This document shows, one piece after another, positions 20,946 through 31,007 of a stretch of DNA of 64,000 bases. Origin of the DNA: Patescibacteria group bacterium (GTDB lineage Bacteria; Patescibacteriota; UBA1384; 2-12-FULL-50-11); assembly GCA_016861245.1 (NCBI GenBank), contig BOKZ01000001.1, positions 280,962 through 344,961 on the forward strand, given 5' to 3'. Numbering within the stretch: position 1 is the first letter of the stretch; each line of letters opens with the position of its first letter. The position numbers and the translations under genes were made by a program. The notes below the pieces were generated by a model. That model ran no database searches and was not told the DNA's origin. It saw only the letters and a program-made list of their open reading frames with translations.

Positions 20946-22010
20946 TTAATCGTCTAGTAAGTTCTGTTCGGTTTTGTCTAGTACGTGCTGGTTCTCGATT
21001 TGATCCATCACACGCCCGAGTTGACGGCTGCGGGTACTACTAACAACTTGATACTGCTTACTGGCAGACTCGAGACGAGTTCCAAGCGTATCTAGCTCGG
21101 TCGAGAACTTCTCGTACTCTTGGCGAAATTTTTGAACCAGCGAGATAACATTATGAATATTTGACTGCATCTGAAAGTTAGAATGGGCTTGCTTGATTAG
21201 TCTTAGGAGCGCCACAAACGAGTACGGACCAGCTAATACCACTTTTTTAGCCATCGCTTCTTCCCAAATGTCGTTCGAACGTTCGTAGATGTAACTAAAG
21301 ATCATTTCGTTAGGAATAAAGGCTACGGCAAAATCGACGGTGTTGTCGTCCGGGTTTATATAGTTACGATTGGCGATGTCGCCAATTTTCTTGCGAACAT
21401 CACGCTGAAATTGAGCGAAATGCCGCTTCTTCTCCTCTGGGTCTTTCGCCTCCGCTGATTTTTGAAGATTCTGATACGGGAACTTTACGTCGATATTTAT
21501 CTTAGTTTTATCTGGCAGCACCACCGTAAAGTCCGGGCGACCTTCGCCAGATTGATGCTGAACAAAGTAATCCTGGTTGATTACAAAGCCCGCCATTTTT
21601 AACAGGTCTTCAGCGATCCGTTCGCCGAATTGACCGCGGGTTTGATTGTTTGAAAGAACGTTCTTTAATTCATCGGTCGAGCCTCGCAATTCGCTGGCTA
21701 GCTGTTTGTGTGCCTTAAGCTCTTCTTGTAGCGCTGAAAAACTAGAGATTCTATCTTGTTCGCTTCGTCTTAGTTTCTCGTCCGTTTCTTTGAGCTGAAG
21801 GCGAATCTCGTCGACGAGCGTCTTGATCGCGTCTTTTTTGCCCTCAAGATCTGTCTTAATTACTTCTTTCTCGGCGCCGAGCTTTTCTTTCGCTAGGTTG
21901 AGGAGCTGTTCGCTTACCGAGCTGAAGTCACTTTGTCTGTTTTTGAGTAAAAAATAGGTTATACCGGCGCCAAGCATTACTCCACCGGCAAGAAAATAGA
22001 CGTCGTTCAT
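20946..22010 (-). CDS. rmuC: DNA recombination protein RmuC.
   Basis: N-terminal TM, a long coiled coil, and the RmuC C-terminal nuclease-like block (GRPDFTVVLPDKTKINIDVKFP). Confidence 0.8.
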   Translation of the reverse strand: MNDVYFLAGGVMLGAGITYFLLKNRQSDFSSVSEQLLNLAKEKLGAEKEVIKTDLEGKKDAIKTLVDEIRLQLKETDEKLRRSEQDRISSFSALQEELKAHKQLASELRGSTDELKNVLSNNQTRGQFGERIAEDLLKMAGFVINQDYFVQHQSGEGRPDFTVVLPDKTKINIDVKFPYQNLQKSAEAKDPEEKKRHFAQFQRDVRKKIGDIANRNYINPDDNTVDFAVAFIPNEMIFSYIYERSNDIWEEAMAKKVVLAGPYSFVALLRLIKQAHSNFQMQSNIHNVISLVQKFRQEYEKFSTELDTLGTRLESASKQYQVVSSTRSRQLGRVMDQIENQHVLDKTEQNLLDD

Positions 22011-22106
22011 TTCGCTAGTATGCCAGAAAATTAGCTAAAAGTACTTGTCAATGGAATAAATTAGCAGGAGAATATTAGAACCCGCAACCAGCGGGGAAGC
22101 GAGGGA

Positions 22107-22409
22107 ATGCTTATGAACCTTAGAATCTATTCTGGAACATGCGTCACCATGGCGACGCAATTGGAAGCGGAGCTCGAGCTCATCGACGGCGCGAAAGTGG
22201 AGCGCATTGATGACCCGCCCGAGCCTGATGGTCGTGGCATGAGACCGATCGTTTCGGTTCGACTTGAGGTCGACGGAAACTCGGTCTACGAGGGCTACGA
22301 TGCGATTCGCGCTTGGATCGAGCGCCATCATCATCTTCGTGTCGCTCGCCGACACACCCGCCTTCTCCAAGGTTCCAGAGCGACTGCCCGTATCCCGGCA
22401 TACGCCTGA
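22107..22409 (+). CDS. GC-rich small hypothetical protein (86-100 aa).
   Basis: A plus-strand ORF followed by a perfect hairpin (CGACTCC...GGAGTCG) plus T6 terminator at 22420-22455. GGGAA SD. GC about 60%. The opposite-strand ORF 22035-22370 is rejected. Confidence 0.4.
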   Translation: MLMNLRIYSGTCVTMATQLEAELELIDGAKVERIDDPPEPDGRGMRPIVSVRLEVDGNSVYEGYDAIRAWIERHHHLRVARRHTRLLQGSRATARIPAYA

Positions 22410-22438
22410 GGGCGATCGCCCGTCACGACTCCAACGTC

Positions 22439-22918
22439 TTAGGACTGCGGAGTCGTTTTTTGTTGGTTCGGCCGAATATATTTCCAGTAAGCAAGGAAGA
22501 CCAGGACCACTAACCCAAAGGCAACGGCCAGAAAGCGAACTTTTTCATCGCCGCCAGCCAACGCTCGCCCTAGACCGTATAACAGGGTGAAGACCCCACC
22601 GAGTGTTAAGCCGTCACCGATCACCTCAATACTACCGACCCAGATAATCGAGACAGCAAGAATTACTAGCGCAAATCCGATGAGTATTAGTGAGACGTCT
22701 CGGTTATAGGTGTCCATACGCTTCATGAAGGTTTTGTTCTCTTCGTCGAATTTATCTTGTGCTGCTTTTTGTTCTTCCGTGTACCCGTTAGTTCCGGGGT
22801 AATTTAGTTCTCTCGGGTATTCAGGGTACTTTGGTTGAGGGTAGAACGCTTCGATTCCCAACCCAACAACAGCCGCAAATAACAAGCCGATCGCAATAAC
22901 GTAGAGTGTTTTTAACAT
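22439..22918 (-). CDS. Hypothetical integral membrane protein (4 TM).
   Basis: Hydrophobicity pattern only. Confidence 0.45.
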   Translation of the reverse strand: MLKTLYVIAIGLLFAAVVGLGIEAFYPQPKYPEYPRELNYPGTNGYTEEQKAAQDKFDEENKTFMKRMDTYNRDVSLILIGFALVILAVSIIWVGSIEVIGDGLTLGGVFTLLYGLGRALAGGDEKVRFLAVAFGLVVLVFLAYWKYIRPNQQKTTPQS

Positions 22919-23035
22919 ATTTGTAGCGTACGCTCATTCGAGAACGATTCAAGTGGGTATTGCGCTTGGAGTAAATAACGGTAAAAGTAGAGACAAGAGT
23001 AGTTTTAACAAAAACGAGGAAGGAGGTGAGGTGGT

Positions 23036-23248
23036 ATGAAAATGAGTGGAATGGGAATGTTAGTTTGGGTCCTACTGTTTATTGGAGGACTTAACTGGGG
23101 TCTTGTTGGATTCTTCCAATACGATCTAGTGGCAGGTTTATTCGGCGGCATGGATTCCATGCTTTCACGCGTTATCTACAGCCTAGTTGGACTAGCGGCG
23201 CTGTGGAGCCTCATCTCTATGTTTGGTAAGGGCGGCAAGCGACAATAG
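23036..23248 (+). CDS. DUF378 family small membrane protein.
   Basis: GLNWGLVG motif with two TM helices; GGAGGTGAGG SD. Confidence 0.6.
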   Translation: MKMSGMGMLVWVLLFIGGLNWGLVGFFQYDLVAGLFGGMDSMLSRVIYSLVGLAALWSLISMFGKGGKRQ

Positions 23249-23324
23249 CATGGGCGGTCAAAAGCCAATGTAGTTCGCGTTATCGCAATTGCGAAAACTA
23301 AAAAGAGGGGTTTTACCCCTCTTT

Positions 23325-25202
23325 TTAGTTTGGCTTTCGAACGGTAATAACCGTGCCGTTACTCGACCCGTCTGGATCGTGGTTACTGACAGACTGGTAG
23401 ACGTAACCAGACTTACTTAGCGAAGTCACAGTTAATGTAACAGAGGCTTTCTTAATTGTTGGGAACGACATAACGCATTTACCGTTGATTGTTGTACAAC
23501 TTGCTGTCCCAGAATATCCGCCGGTCCAAGTTCCGCGTACGACTACACCAGAAAGAGCTACCTCGTTTTGATCGTGGGCTGTCACCGTAACCGACCCGGA
23601 CCATCGCCCGTTTCGTTGAACCGCAGAAGTACTCGAGTCGATATCGCCGACGTGCATCGAAATACTTGGAGGCGGTTCTTCAACTACCGACGGAACGATT
23701 TTTATAAGCACGATTTTGTCTGGGATGGAAAGCGCTACTGATTGGGTTTTGGTGTAACTCGCAACTGGGGAGACGTTGTCTTGCGAGTAGACGGTAATAT
23801 CTGACATGGTACCAAGTTGTAGCGTCGCCGGAACGATCGAGTCGGTATCGGTACTGCTTGCGACGTCGTTATAGGCGACCAGCCAAAAGCTCTTGTCTCG
23901 CTTTTGGAACAGGACGTGTTGGAGCGTTGTACTACTATTGGCTAGCGAGTAGTTCAAATTTCCAGTTGTAAAGCCGGAGCCCGGGTCTTTCAGTAGAGAG
24001 ATGATGTTCTTTACAGCAGTAAATGCCGGTTTTGGTGTGCCGTTGGCGCGCACGATTCCGAAATTTTTTTGTTTAGTGTCGGACTGGCTAACTTCGTCGA
24101 GCAGCTCGTAGTTATAACTTTTATCGATCGCTGAAAGCCCTTGAGCGTCTACTGAAGTCGTAAAGTGAGTAAAGAGCGATCTCGGAAGATACTTAGCTTG
24201 CTGGGTTTCTGAGACTAATCCGGTTTGAATCGGCGTAGCGGCGGGCCAACCTAATTCAGTCGCAGTTAGTTTTTTCCCGGGCAAATACGCTTGCCAGACT
24301 TGAACTTTTGGCCCCAAACAAGAAGACTGAGCTTTGCCGGTACAGTACGGATGGAAGCTACCGGTGTCGACTAGCGGTTTAATCACGTCAAGTTTCGCTA
24401 ACTCAGCCGAAACGTCTGTTGTGGTACCATCGGGATTAGTCTTTTTTGCGGTGCTAAACTCTTCGAGGTGAACGTACGACGGTGAGAGGATCGGAATAGA
24501 CTGAGTCAACGGATCGGCATTTAGCCCGTCGTACAGAGATCGCATTGCGCTGATCGTATCTTCGATCCAGGTTGGGTTTCTGTTGGTTATTTTATCGTAC
24601 CAAGTGCCGGAGATCTGGCACTCTGGTCTCCAAGAGAAACAGTGGTCGGGCTCGTTTGGTCCTTCGAACGCAGCAATCTTAACTGCGGCCGTTACGGTTT
24701 GCCCGACCTCTTCTCCGCAGCCACTCGGAATAACCCCACCTTGCAGTAGTAGTTTATTTTTAACCTGGAAACATTTATTACCAGGGAAAGCAGTTGATGT
24801 GGTTGAGTTAGAAACGATTAAGTTAACCGCAATCGGTGCGCTGCCATCGGTTGGGTTGCTCAGTTCTGATAGCCGCTCGGCGTAGCGCTTGAACGAGTTG
24901 TTGCCCGTTCCCATCGTGCCATGGCTGTCGCGGATATAACGCACGCCTAATTCTTTTAGTTTTGGCTTAACAAGAGAAGTATAAACGTCGGTGAAGTAAC
25001 TATTAGTGTTGTAGTCGGCGTAACTAAAATGCGTATTCAGACCAAACGACTCGACGAACGAGTCGGCTGGGTACGCTTTTACATCTGTTGTTACAGACGC
25101 CGCCTCAAACTCTCCACTCTCTTCGGTGCGATTAAAATAGACAAAAGCGGCGATTCCTACTACCACTAAAAATCCGGCAACGATCAGTAGTTTTTTTCGC
25201 AT
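23325..25202 (-). CDS. Secreted glycoside-hydrolase-like protein (GH-A clan-like barrel plus a C-terminal beta-sandwich).
   Basis: N-terminal signal/TM; FEGPNEPD (acid/base) and ATELGWP (nucleophile) motifs; a C-terminal Ig-like region. Confidence 0.45.
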   Translation of the reverse strand: MRKKLLIVAGFLVVVGIAAFVYFNRTEESGEFEAASVTTDVKAYPADSFVESFGLNTHFSYADYNTNSYFTDVYTSLVKPKLKELGVRYIRDSHGTMGTGNNSFKRYAERLSELSNPTDGSAPIAVNLIVSNSTTSTAFPGNKCFQVKNKLLLQGGVIPSGCGEEVGQTVTAAVKIAAFEGPNEPDHCFSWRPECQISGTWYDKITNRNPTWIEDTISAMRSLYDGLNADPLTQSIPILSPSYVHLEEFSTAKKTNPDGTTTDVSAELAKLDVIKPLVDTGSFHPYCTGKAQSSCLGPKVQVWQAYLPGKKLTATELGWPAATPIQTGLVSETQQAKYLPRSLFTHFTTSVDAQGLSAIDKSYNYELLDEVSQSDTKQKNFGIVRANGTPKPAFTAVKNIISLLKDPGSGFTTGNLNYSLANSSTTLQHVLFQKRDKSFWLVAYNDVASSTDTDSIVPATLQLGTMSDITVYSQDNVSPVASYTKTQSVALSIPDKIVLIKIVPSVVEEPPPSISMHVGDIDSSTSAVQRNGRWSGSVTVTAHDQNEVALSGVVVRGTWTGGYSGTASCTTINGKCVMSFPTIKKASVTLTVTSLSKSGYVYQSVSNHDPDGSSNGTVITVRKPN

Positions 25203-25205
25203 TAG

Positions 25206-25424
25206 TTACTTATTACGAAGCAGACCTAGTTCGAGCTGGATATAGCCGAGACTCATAATAATGAGTCCACCCATTACTTTAATCGATGGGAACGCAACGA
25301 TCGTCTCTTCTTGAGCAAAGTTAATTAACCAACCGCTCACACCGAACGCAAAGATTGCCGCACCGATAAAAATAACACTTAACGCTACCGCTACGAACGA
25401 CTTGTCTTGTCTTTTCCAAAACAT
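25206..25424 (-). CDS. Small membrane protein.
   Basis: Two predicted TM helices; placed directly upstream of the hydrolase gene. Confidence 0.35.
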   Translation of the reverse strand: MFWKRQDKSFVAVALSVIFIGAAIFAFGVSGWLINFAQEETIVAFPSIKVMGGLIIMSLGYIQLELGLLRNK

Positions 25425-25509
25425 TTCCCCTCCTATTCTCTTTTATATAACAGTAACAGCTCCCGGCTGTGAAGCAACAGGAGCTGTTCTGTTCTACAAT
25501 TTTACTTGT

Positions 25510-25833
25510 TTATCGGCTCCAATTACTGTTGCCACCGCCGCGATTGTCGCGTGGTTGCATTGGACGAGCAACGTTGACCGTGAGCGGTCGACCGTCGAGC
25601 TCTTTACCGTTCATACCTTCGATAGCAGCTTGCGCTTCTTCTGGGGTACTCATCTCAACGAAAGCAAAACCCTTTGAGCGGTTGTCGCGATCGTATTTGA
25701 TCTCGGCAGACTCAACTGTACCAAACTGATCAAAGGCAGCCTTGAGGCTGTCGTTGGTCGAGTTGTAGCTGATATTACCGATAAAAAGACGCTTGCCTGA
25801 AGCGGCTTGTTCTTGGTTGTTTGTTTCTTCCAT
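25510..25833 (-). CDS. RRM-type RNA-binding protein.
   Basis: RNP-2 LFIGNI and RNP-1 KGFAFVEM motifs. Confidence 0.85.
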   Translation of the reverse strand: MEETNNQEQAASGKRLFIGNISYNSTNDSLKAAFDQFGTVESAEIKYDRDNRSKGFAFVEMSTPEEAQAAIEGMNGKELDGRPLTVNVARPMQPRDNRGGGNSNWSR

Positions 25834-26011
25834 GACGTTCCTTTCTTACACTTTCACCGTAGGACGACCTTGATGTCGAACGGTCATGGACCCGCAATAT
25901 TGCAAATAGTTCATTACCTTCTCGAACCTACAACAGTAATCATAGCGATATATATGAATCTGTAAAGTACAAATCGATAGTCACGAGGAATTTTTAAACT
26001 AATATTGATGT

Positions 26012-26569
26012 ATGCGTTTATTTCATGAGGAGTTCCACTGGAAGTATCCTAACCTGTCGATCCTACTAGTGAGCGTGCTACTTACTATCATCGGGCTGAA
26101 GAACGGTTCCCTACAATCCGTCGTCGATTTATTGGGTTATCTTGGGTATTTTGGGATTCTTGTGGCGGGATTGCTGTTTGTTTCTACCTTTACCGTTGTT
26201 CCGGCGGCTGCGGTGTTATTTGTTTTTGCCAAGATTACAGATCCAGTAATTGTGGCAATTATCGGCGGATTAGGGGCGACTATCGGAGATTTGATCGGAT
26301 TTATATTCGTTCGCGAGCGCTTACTGGCAGAATTAAATCCACTGTTAAAAGCATTACATCTGTACCGGAGGATCAATATTGTTAATTCTCGCTATTTTGG
26401 TTGGTTTGCCCCGGTCTTAGGGGCAGCGGTTATCGCATCCCCGCTACCGGACGAGTTAGGATTGACGTTACTTGGGATCACGAAAATAAAAGTTCACTCA
26501 CTTGCGTTAATTGCTTTCGTCTTAAATAGCCTTGGGATACTACTACTAGCGATCGCGGCCAACTCGTAA
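26012..26569 (+). CDS. Integral membrane protein, possibly VTT/DedA-YqaA-like.
   Basis: Five or six TM helices; weak similarity pattern only. Confidence 0.35.
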   Translation: MRLFHEEFHWKYPNLSILLVSVLLTIIGLKNGSLQSVVDLLGYLGYFGILVAGLLFVSTFTVVPAAAVLFVFAKITDPVIVAIIGGLGATIGDLIGFIFVRERLLAELNPLLKALHLYRRINIVNSRYFGWFAPVLGAAVIASPLPDELGLTLLGITKIKVHSLALIAFVLNSLGILLLAIAANS

Positions 26570-26580
26570 TTAACTAATTG

Positions 26581-26994
26581 TTAGTTATACGAATCGATCT
26601 CGTCTTCGATCTCCCAGGCAAGTTCGATCAGTCCGATACTATTCAGAGCCTCAGGAATATCCTCGAGATCTTCGACGTATCTGCTAACGTCTCCGCCTTC
26701 TTTATAAATACTGGCTCGAGCGATCTGAGCGCCAATCCGTACTTCGGCCGAATCCACACTCTCGACTAACGCCTCTAATTGGTCGCTGTACTCGTTGTGT
26801 AATTGCTTGCGGTCTTCTTCGTTGTTCGCTCGGATAGCCTCGGCGAGCAGATGATGCGTGTGTTGCATCTCCTCGGATTCGTGAAATCCGAGAAGCTCCA
26901 AAATCTTAGGCAGATTAAACTCTTGTTTCTGCTCAGTCTCGCTATTCTCTGGGTTATAGCCCGGTTCAAGCTCGCTCATAGTATTTATGTACAC
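26581..26994 (-). CDS. Acidic hypothetical protein.
   Basis: ORF only. Start is GTG at 26994 or ATG at 26979. Confidence 0.4.
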   Translation of the reverse strand: MYINTMSELEPGYNPENSETEQKQEFNLPKILELLGFHESEEMQHTHHLLAEAIRANNEEDRKQLHNEYSDQLEALVESVDSAEVRIGAQIARASIYKEGGDVSRYVEDLEDIPEALNSIGLIELAWEIEDEIDSYN

Positions 26995-27057
26995 CTAATC
27001 TAAGGTAATAGAAATAGATCTCAACAAATTGGGTCACATTCCTGCTATAGTTCAAGA

Positions 27058-27543
27058 ATGAAAATAATTATTGGTATCGTAGTAGGGTTAATTGTAATCG
27101 GATCTGTAGTTTTTTTTACTAAAAGTAATAGTTCTCAAGAACCAGCAGGTGAGAACGCGACAACATCGAGTACACAAGAATCGACTGCACAGACAGATAC
27201 AAACTCGACCGCCGATACGGACACCACCGCTACTGCCGAGGGAGAGTATAAGGACTACTCCGCTGAGGCAGTAAGCGCTACTGGGGGGACTAGATTACTG
27301 TTCTTCCATGCATCTTGGTGCCCACAGTGTCGAGCGCTTGATGCGAGCATTAAACAGAGTAGCATCCCGGCAGGCGTTACTATCTTTAAAGTCGATTACG
27401 ACTCAAACCAAGCTTTAAGAAAACAGTACGGCGTAACAGTTCAAACAACGGTGGTTCGGCTCGACGCACAAGGTAACCTTGTTGAGAAGTACGTTGCGTA
27501 CGATCAGCCTAACTTCGACTCTGTTAAAAGCAACCTATTATGA
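27058..27543 (+). CDS. Membrane-anchored thioredoxin-like thiol:disulfide oxidoreductase.
   Basis: TM anchor, a Ser/Thr-rich linker and a WCPQC active site. Confidence 0.8.
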   Translation: MKIIIGIVVGLIVIGSVVFFTKSNSSQEPAGENATTSSTQESTAQTDTNSTADTDTTATAEGEYKDYSAEAVSATGGTRLLFFHASWCPQCRALDASIKQSSIPAGVTIFKVDYDSNQALRKQYGVTVQTTVVRLDAQGNLVEKYVAYDQPNFDSVKSNLL

Positions 27544-28265
27544 TCTCGTTGGTAGTCGTCTCGTTTTTTGCCGGGTTTTTAACGGTATTAGCGCCGTGCA
27601 TTTTACCGCTACTCCCGGTTGTACTTGTTGGTACAACGAACGGTACATCGAAGACCGCGAGAGTTTCCACGATAATCCTCGGACTCACAATCTCTGTTGT
27701 CGTCTTTTCTCTTCTACTTAAAGCAACCACAGCTTTATTAGGCGTGCCGCAACAATTCTGGCAGGTCGTTTCCGGGGTGCTGTTGGTGTTTTTTGGCCTG
27801 GTTATGCTTTTTCCCAGCCTTTGGGAAAAACTCGCGGCGCCACTTAGTGCAAAGGCCGGGCAGTCGTTGCAATCAGCTGGTGGTACGCGGAATAAATGGG
27901 GAGATTTCTTGCTTGGGGCGGCACTAGGCCCAGTATTTAATAGCTGTAGTCCGACGTATGCGCTTATCGTTGCTGTAATTTTGCCAACGTCGTTTACCCA
28001 GGGCTTGTTATATCTAATTCTCTACGCCCTAGGTTTGGCGGTCGCGCTCTCGCTGATCGCGCTTCTTGGCCGCTCGATTGTCTCGAAACTCGGTTGGGCC
28101 GCCGATCCCCACGGCTGGTTTCATAAGGCGATAGGATTACTACTCGTTGTTGCCGGTGTCGCTGTTGTGTTTGGTCTAGACAAGAGTTTCCAAACGTTTG
28201 TGCTGGATAACGGTTGGTACGATCCGATTATGCGGCTCGAACAGCGTTTCGATTTACGAAATTAA
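27540..28265 (+). CDS. ccdA: Cytochrome c-type biogenesis/disulfide electron-transfer protein CcdA (DsbD core).
   Basis: APCILPLLP motif; six TM helices; 4-bp overlap with the thioredoxin gene. Confidence 0.8.
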   Translation: MISLVVVSFFAGFLTVLAPCILPLLPVVLVGTTNGTSKTARVSTIILGLTISVVVFSLLLKATTALLGVPQQFWQVVSGVLLVFFGLVMLFPSLWEKLAAPLSAKAGQSLQSAGGTRNKWGDFLLGAALGPVFNSCSPTYALIVAVILPTSFTQGLLYLILYALGLAVALSLIALLGRSIVSKLGWAADPHGWFHKAIGLLLVVAGVAVVFGLDKSFQTFVLDNGWYDPIMRLEQRFDLRN

Positions 28266-28658
28266 ATAGAAGCTGGCAATAAACATCGCTGTAAAATTGA
28301 CTGCCGATAGAACACACCAAGTGCAAAACGCTCGTAGTACGAATGCTTGGACGTAAGTGAAGTACATCGAGAACGCAAAGCCGATCCAGATAACAATTTT
28401 TGCAATTCCGAGCGCGTTGGCGCTGTACCAGAAAACGATCGCAAGAAGAATTACATACATAACAAAGCCGAGGATCGGATTCGGAATGCCAAAGGTTTTA
28501 CTTTGAGGCGCAGTTTGAACTTTTTTACACCACTCGTCGGGAAAAAACGGACACCAAACGTCGGTTCCCCGCAGCTTGTGATAGATAAGATACAACGTAT
28601 CAAGTAGCCCGATCACCGCGAACACTTTGACGATATCCAACGCAAGTTTATTATCCAT
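28254..28658 (-). CDS. Vitamin K epoxide reductase (VKOR) family protein.
   Basis: Four TM helices with the CTWC active-site motif and a CPFF loop cysteine. Confidence 0.75.
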   Translation of the reverse strand: MDNKLALDIVKVFAVIGLLDTLYLIYHKLRGTDVWCPFFPDEWCKKVQTAPQSKTFGIPNPILGFVMYVILLAIVFWYSANALGIAKIVIWIGFAFSMYFTYVQAFVLRAFCTWCVLSAVNFTAMFIASFYLIS

Positions 28659-28810
28659 TGCGCCTCCTTTGAGGCTATTGCACGCTTATCGGTTAGGGCT
28701 GTCAAGAACTGCATAAGTTGAAGTGTCATACCGCAGAGTGCTGCATTTTATTTAGATTTTTGCTAAACTGCGTGGACTAATTGAGCTAGCTCAGTTAATG
28801 GAGATCGCAA

Positions 28811-29125
28811 ATGAACAAAATGTACTTCGCTAGTCTGTTCGGACCCGGGCAGGCAAGTTTCGAGGAAGCCCAAGACTGGGCACGTCGTCTCGCTCTCGGC
28901 GAGATCAAGTCGTTCGTCCCGGTTCTCGGCAAGATTGCCGGTTACCACGTCGAGCACAGCAACTCACAGATCCCTGTGCAGAAGTTCGACCCGCCGCTTC
29001 GAGAGGGTCAAGAGGTGACAGTTCTCTTCGTCAACAAGTTTGGCAACGTCTCGCTGATGCGCGACGAAGAGGGAACGCTCAGCTTCTACCCCCACGTCAA
29101 CGCCAACGTCGAGTACGACGAATAA
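28811..29125 (+). CDS. GC-rich small hypothetical protein.
   Basis: GGAGA SD 7 nt upstream. GC about 58% against a 47% background. Hairpin plus T-run terminator after the stop. Confidence 0.45.
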   Translation: MNKMYFASLFGPGQASFEEAQDWARRLALGEIKSFVPVLGKIAGYHVEHSNSQIPVQKFDPPLREGQEVTVLFVNKFGNVSLMRDEEGTLSFYPHVNANVEYDE

Positions 29126-29176
29126 GTCGCTCCGACTCAACCGCATGGTTCGCCCAGCGGTTTTTTATAACTGTGA

Positions 29177-30406
29177 TTAGCGGAGGTAAGTTTTAACTTT
29201 TGCCGAGAACCCAACGACGGACGAGCAGGATTGTTTAGGGAATGATTCGAACTGGATTGAACGGTTATCTTTCATTTGAACAAGCGCACACCCGTGGACT
29301 GCCGATTGTGGCTTAACTTTTGGACCCTTAATAACTGTGTTACCTGACCACGGCGCGCCGTTTGCGTCTGTGTACCCCCATTGGACTAGCTCGTATTTAA
29401 CTAAACCGCTTTGAGGGCTAACTTGAGCGGGGTCTGGTGTGTTAGCTACGGTAGTAAATTGTTTTGCTTCTCCACCAAAATCTCCAATTGAAATAATAAA
29501 GTATGTCGGATCGTAATGATCGGGGGCAAATGAAAGATGGCCACCCCAATATTCTCCACCGGTACCGTTAGTTTTGCCGCCATACCAATTAGTGCCTTCT
29601 TCGAACCAGTTTCCAATCAATTTTCCGTCAATATCGTAATCGATTTTGCCGCTAACCGGCTCAGCTATTCTTGGAGAACGCGCAAGTATTTTTGCTTTCA
29701 GCTCATCGGTATAGTAGTCAAGCGGATCGGCGGTGTAGAGTTTCCAGTTTTCGGCTTTGTAATGTTCGGGATAGATAAAACCCTTGAGCGGCTTAGTTGT
29801 GTCCCAAACAGCAAAGTCTAGAGTCTGACCACCGATTCGTCCGATCAGTTCGCCGGCCTTAACTTTTATGCTAAGTGGCTTTCTGAGCGAGCCGCCTCTA
29901 GCTTCGTCGTAAACTTTTTTTATTTCCGGCGTTAAACTTGTAACAAGATCGTAGTAGTAGAAGTAGTTACAGGTAATTGAGAAAACGAGACGATATTCAG
30001 TACCGCGTTCGTTAGTTCGCTCGCCGATATCTGTGATGGTTGCATCGGCCATGGCGTAAACTTCGTAGATGTCTCGCTTCGACATATAATCAGCTGGAGC
30101 GAAATACTGATGATCGATCGGCGTTACGTGTCCACCAACCATTAGGCCGTACGGGATAACAACGGAAAAATCTGACTCGTCCATCGGTAACTTGCTTAGT
30201 TTGTAGGGGAAACCTTCGCCCTCACAGCCCTGGCTGATCGCTTTACCAGCCTTGTATGCCTCGTTCTCATTATCTTTAGTTTCGGTGGTTGTCTGGCTAT
30301 TTGTGGTGTTAATTGGTGTTCGTTTGACAGCAACTGCTGTGGCAACCGCAAAAACTAGAACAAGTGGGGTCACAAGAAAGAGAAATATCTTTCGAGCTTT
30401 ACTCAT
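29177..30406 (-). CDS. Secreted hypothetical protein.
   Basis: N-terminal TM/signal, a Thr-rich linker and a Trp/Tyr-rich beta-type domain. Confidence 0.5.
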   Translation of the reverse strand: MSKARKIFLFLVTPLVLVFAVATAVAVKRTPINTTNSQTTTETKDNENEAYKAGKAISQGCEGEGFPYKLSKLPMDESDFSVVIPYGLMVGGHVTPIDHQYFAPADYMSKRDIYEVYAMADATITDIGERTNERGTEYRLVFSITCNYFYYYDLVTSLTPEIKKVYDEARGGSLRKPLSIKVKAGELIGRIGGQTLDFAVWDTTKPLKGFIYPEHYKAENWKLYTADPLDYYTDELKAKILARSPRIAEPVSGKIDYDIDGKLIGNWFEEGTNWYGGKTNGTGGEYWGGHLSFAPDHYDPTYFIISIGDFGGEAKQFTTVANTPDPAQVSPQSGLVKYELVQWGYTDANGAPWSGNTVIKGPKVKPQSAVHGCALVQMKDNRSIQFESFPKQSCSSVVGFSAKVKTYLR

Positions 30407-30438
30407 ACTTTTACGCTAACGGTCTGGCGTAGGTATGT

Positions 30439-30708
30439 CTAGCTCCCCCAATTGGTAAAAACACCAACGGCGAGTTCAGCCCAAAGCCAAAAGATGCTAG
30501 CAGCAACGAGTACACTGAGGGCTCGGAGCCCAAGACTCTTTGTTTTGTCTAACGCAGTTAGTAGGCTTACTCCAATACCAACGAGCATCACCCAGGCAGC
30601 GGCAAAATCCGAGACAGTCCAACTTACCCCGTTGTTCAACTGCATCGCGATTAACGGTAGTAACATCAGCGCTGCGGCTCCGAGAGTAATCTTCAAAATA
30701 TTGTTCAT
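30439..30708 (-). CDS. Small membrane protein.
   Basis: Three TM helices. Confidence 0.35.
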   Translation of the reverse strand: MNNILKITLGAAALMLLPLIAMQLNNGVSWTVSDFAAAWVMLVGIGVSLLTALDKTKSLGLRALSVLVAASIFWLWAELAVGVFTNWGS

Positions 30709-31007
30709 TATTTTCTCTTGCCCAGTATATATTTCTGTGACGGACTGAGCTCTTTATCTTTTCTGTGTGTACAGCCCAGCCAACAGCACGGCCGACGCTT
30801 ACCCTCAACCAGCTCCGGGCAGATTCGGTTGATATGATCCCGTCTTGTTTCAGGCCTTTTAACTGACTCAACCCAGCAGATCCACTCGTTGCGGGCGAGT
30901 GGCGTTAGAGTTTCCCACTTCGTTAGGGCGGCTTTGTTGGCAGTTAGGACTCTTTTTAGTTCAGGCGATAAATTATGTACCGTCCCTCCCGATATTTCTT
31001 TAGGCAT
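30708..31007 (-). CDS. YdeI/OmpD-associated family protein.
   Basis: LTPLARNEWICWVESVKRPETR...GKRRPCC motif pattern. Confidence 0.5.
   Translation of the reverse strand: MPKEISGGTVHNLSPELKRVLTANKAALTKWETLTPLARNEWICWVESVKRPETRRDHINRICPELVEGKRRPCCWLGCTHRKDKELSPSQKYILGKRK

Noticed and set aside
22035-22370. Minus-strand 111-aa ORF in the GC-rich patch.
   Set aside because: The intrinsic terminator (hairpin plus T6) is oriented for the plus strand. The plus-strand ORF has an SD. The minus ORF would run through the rmuC promoter.
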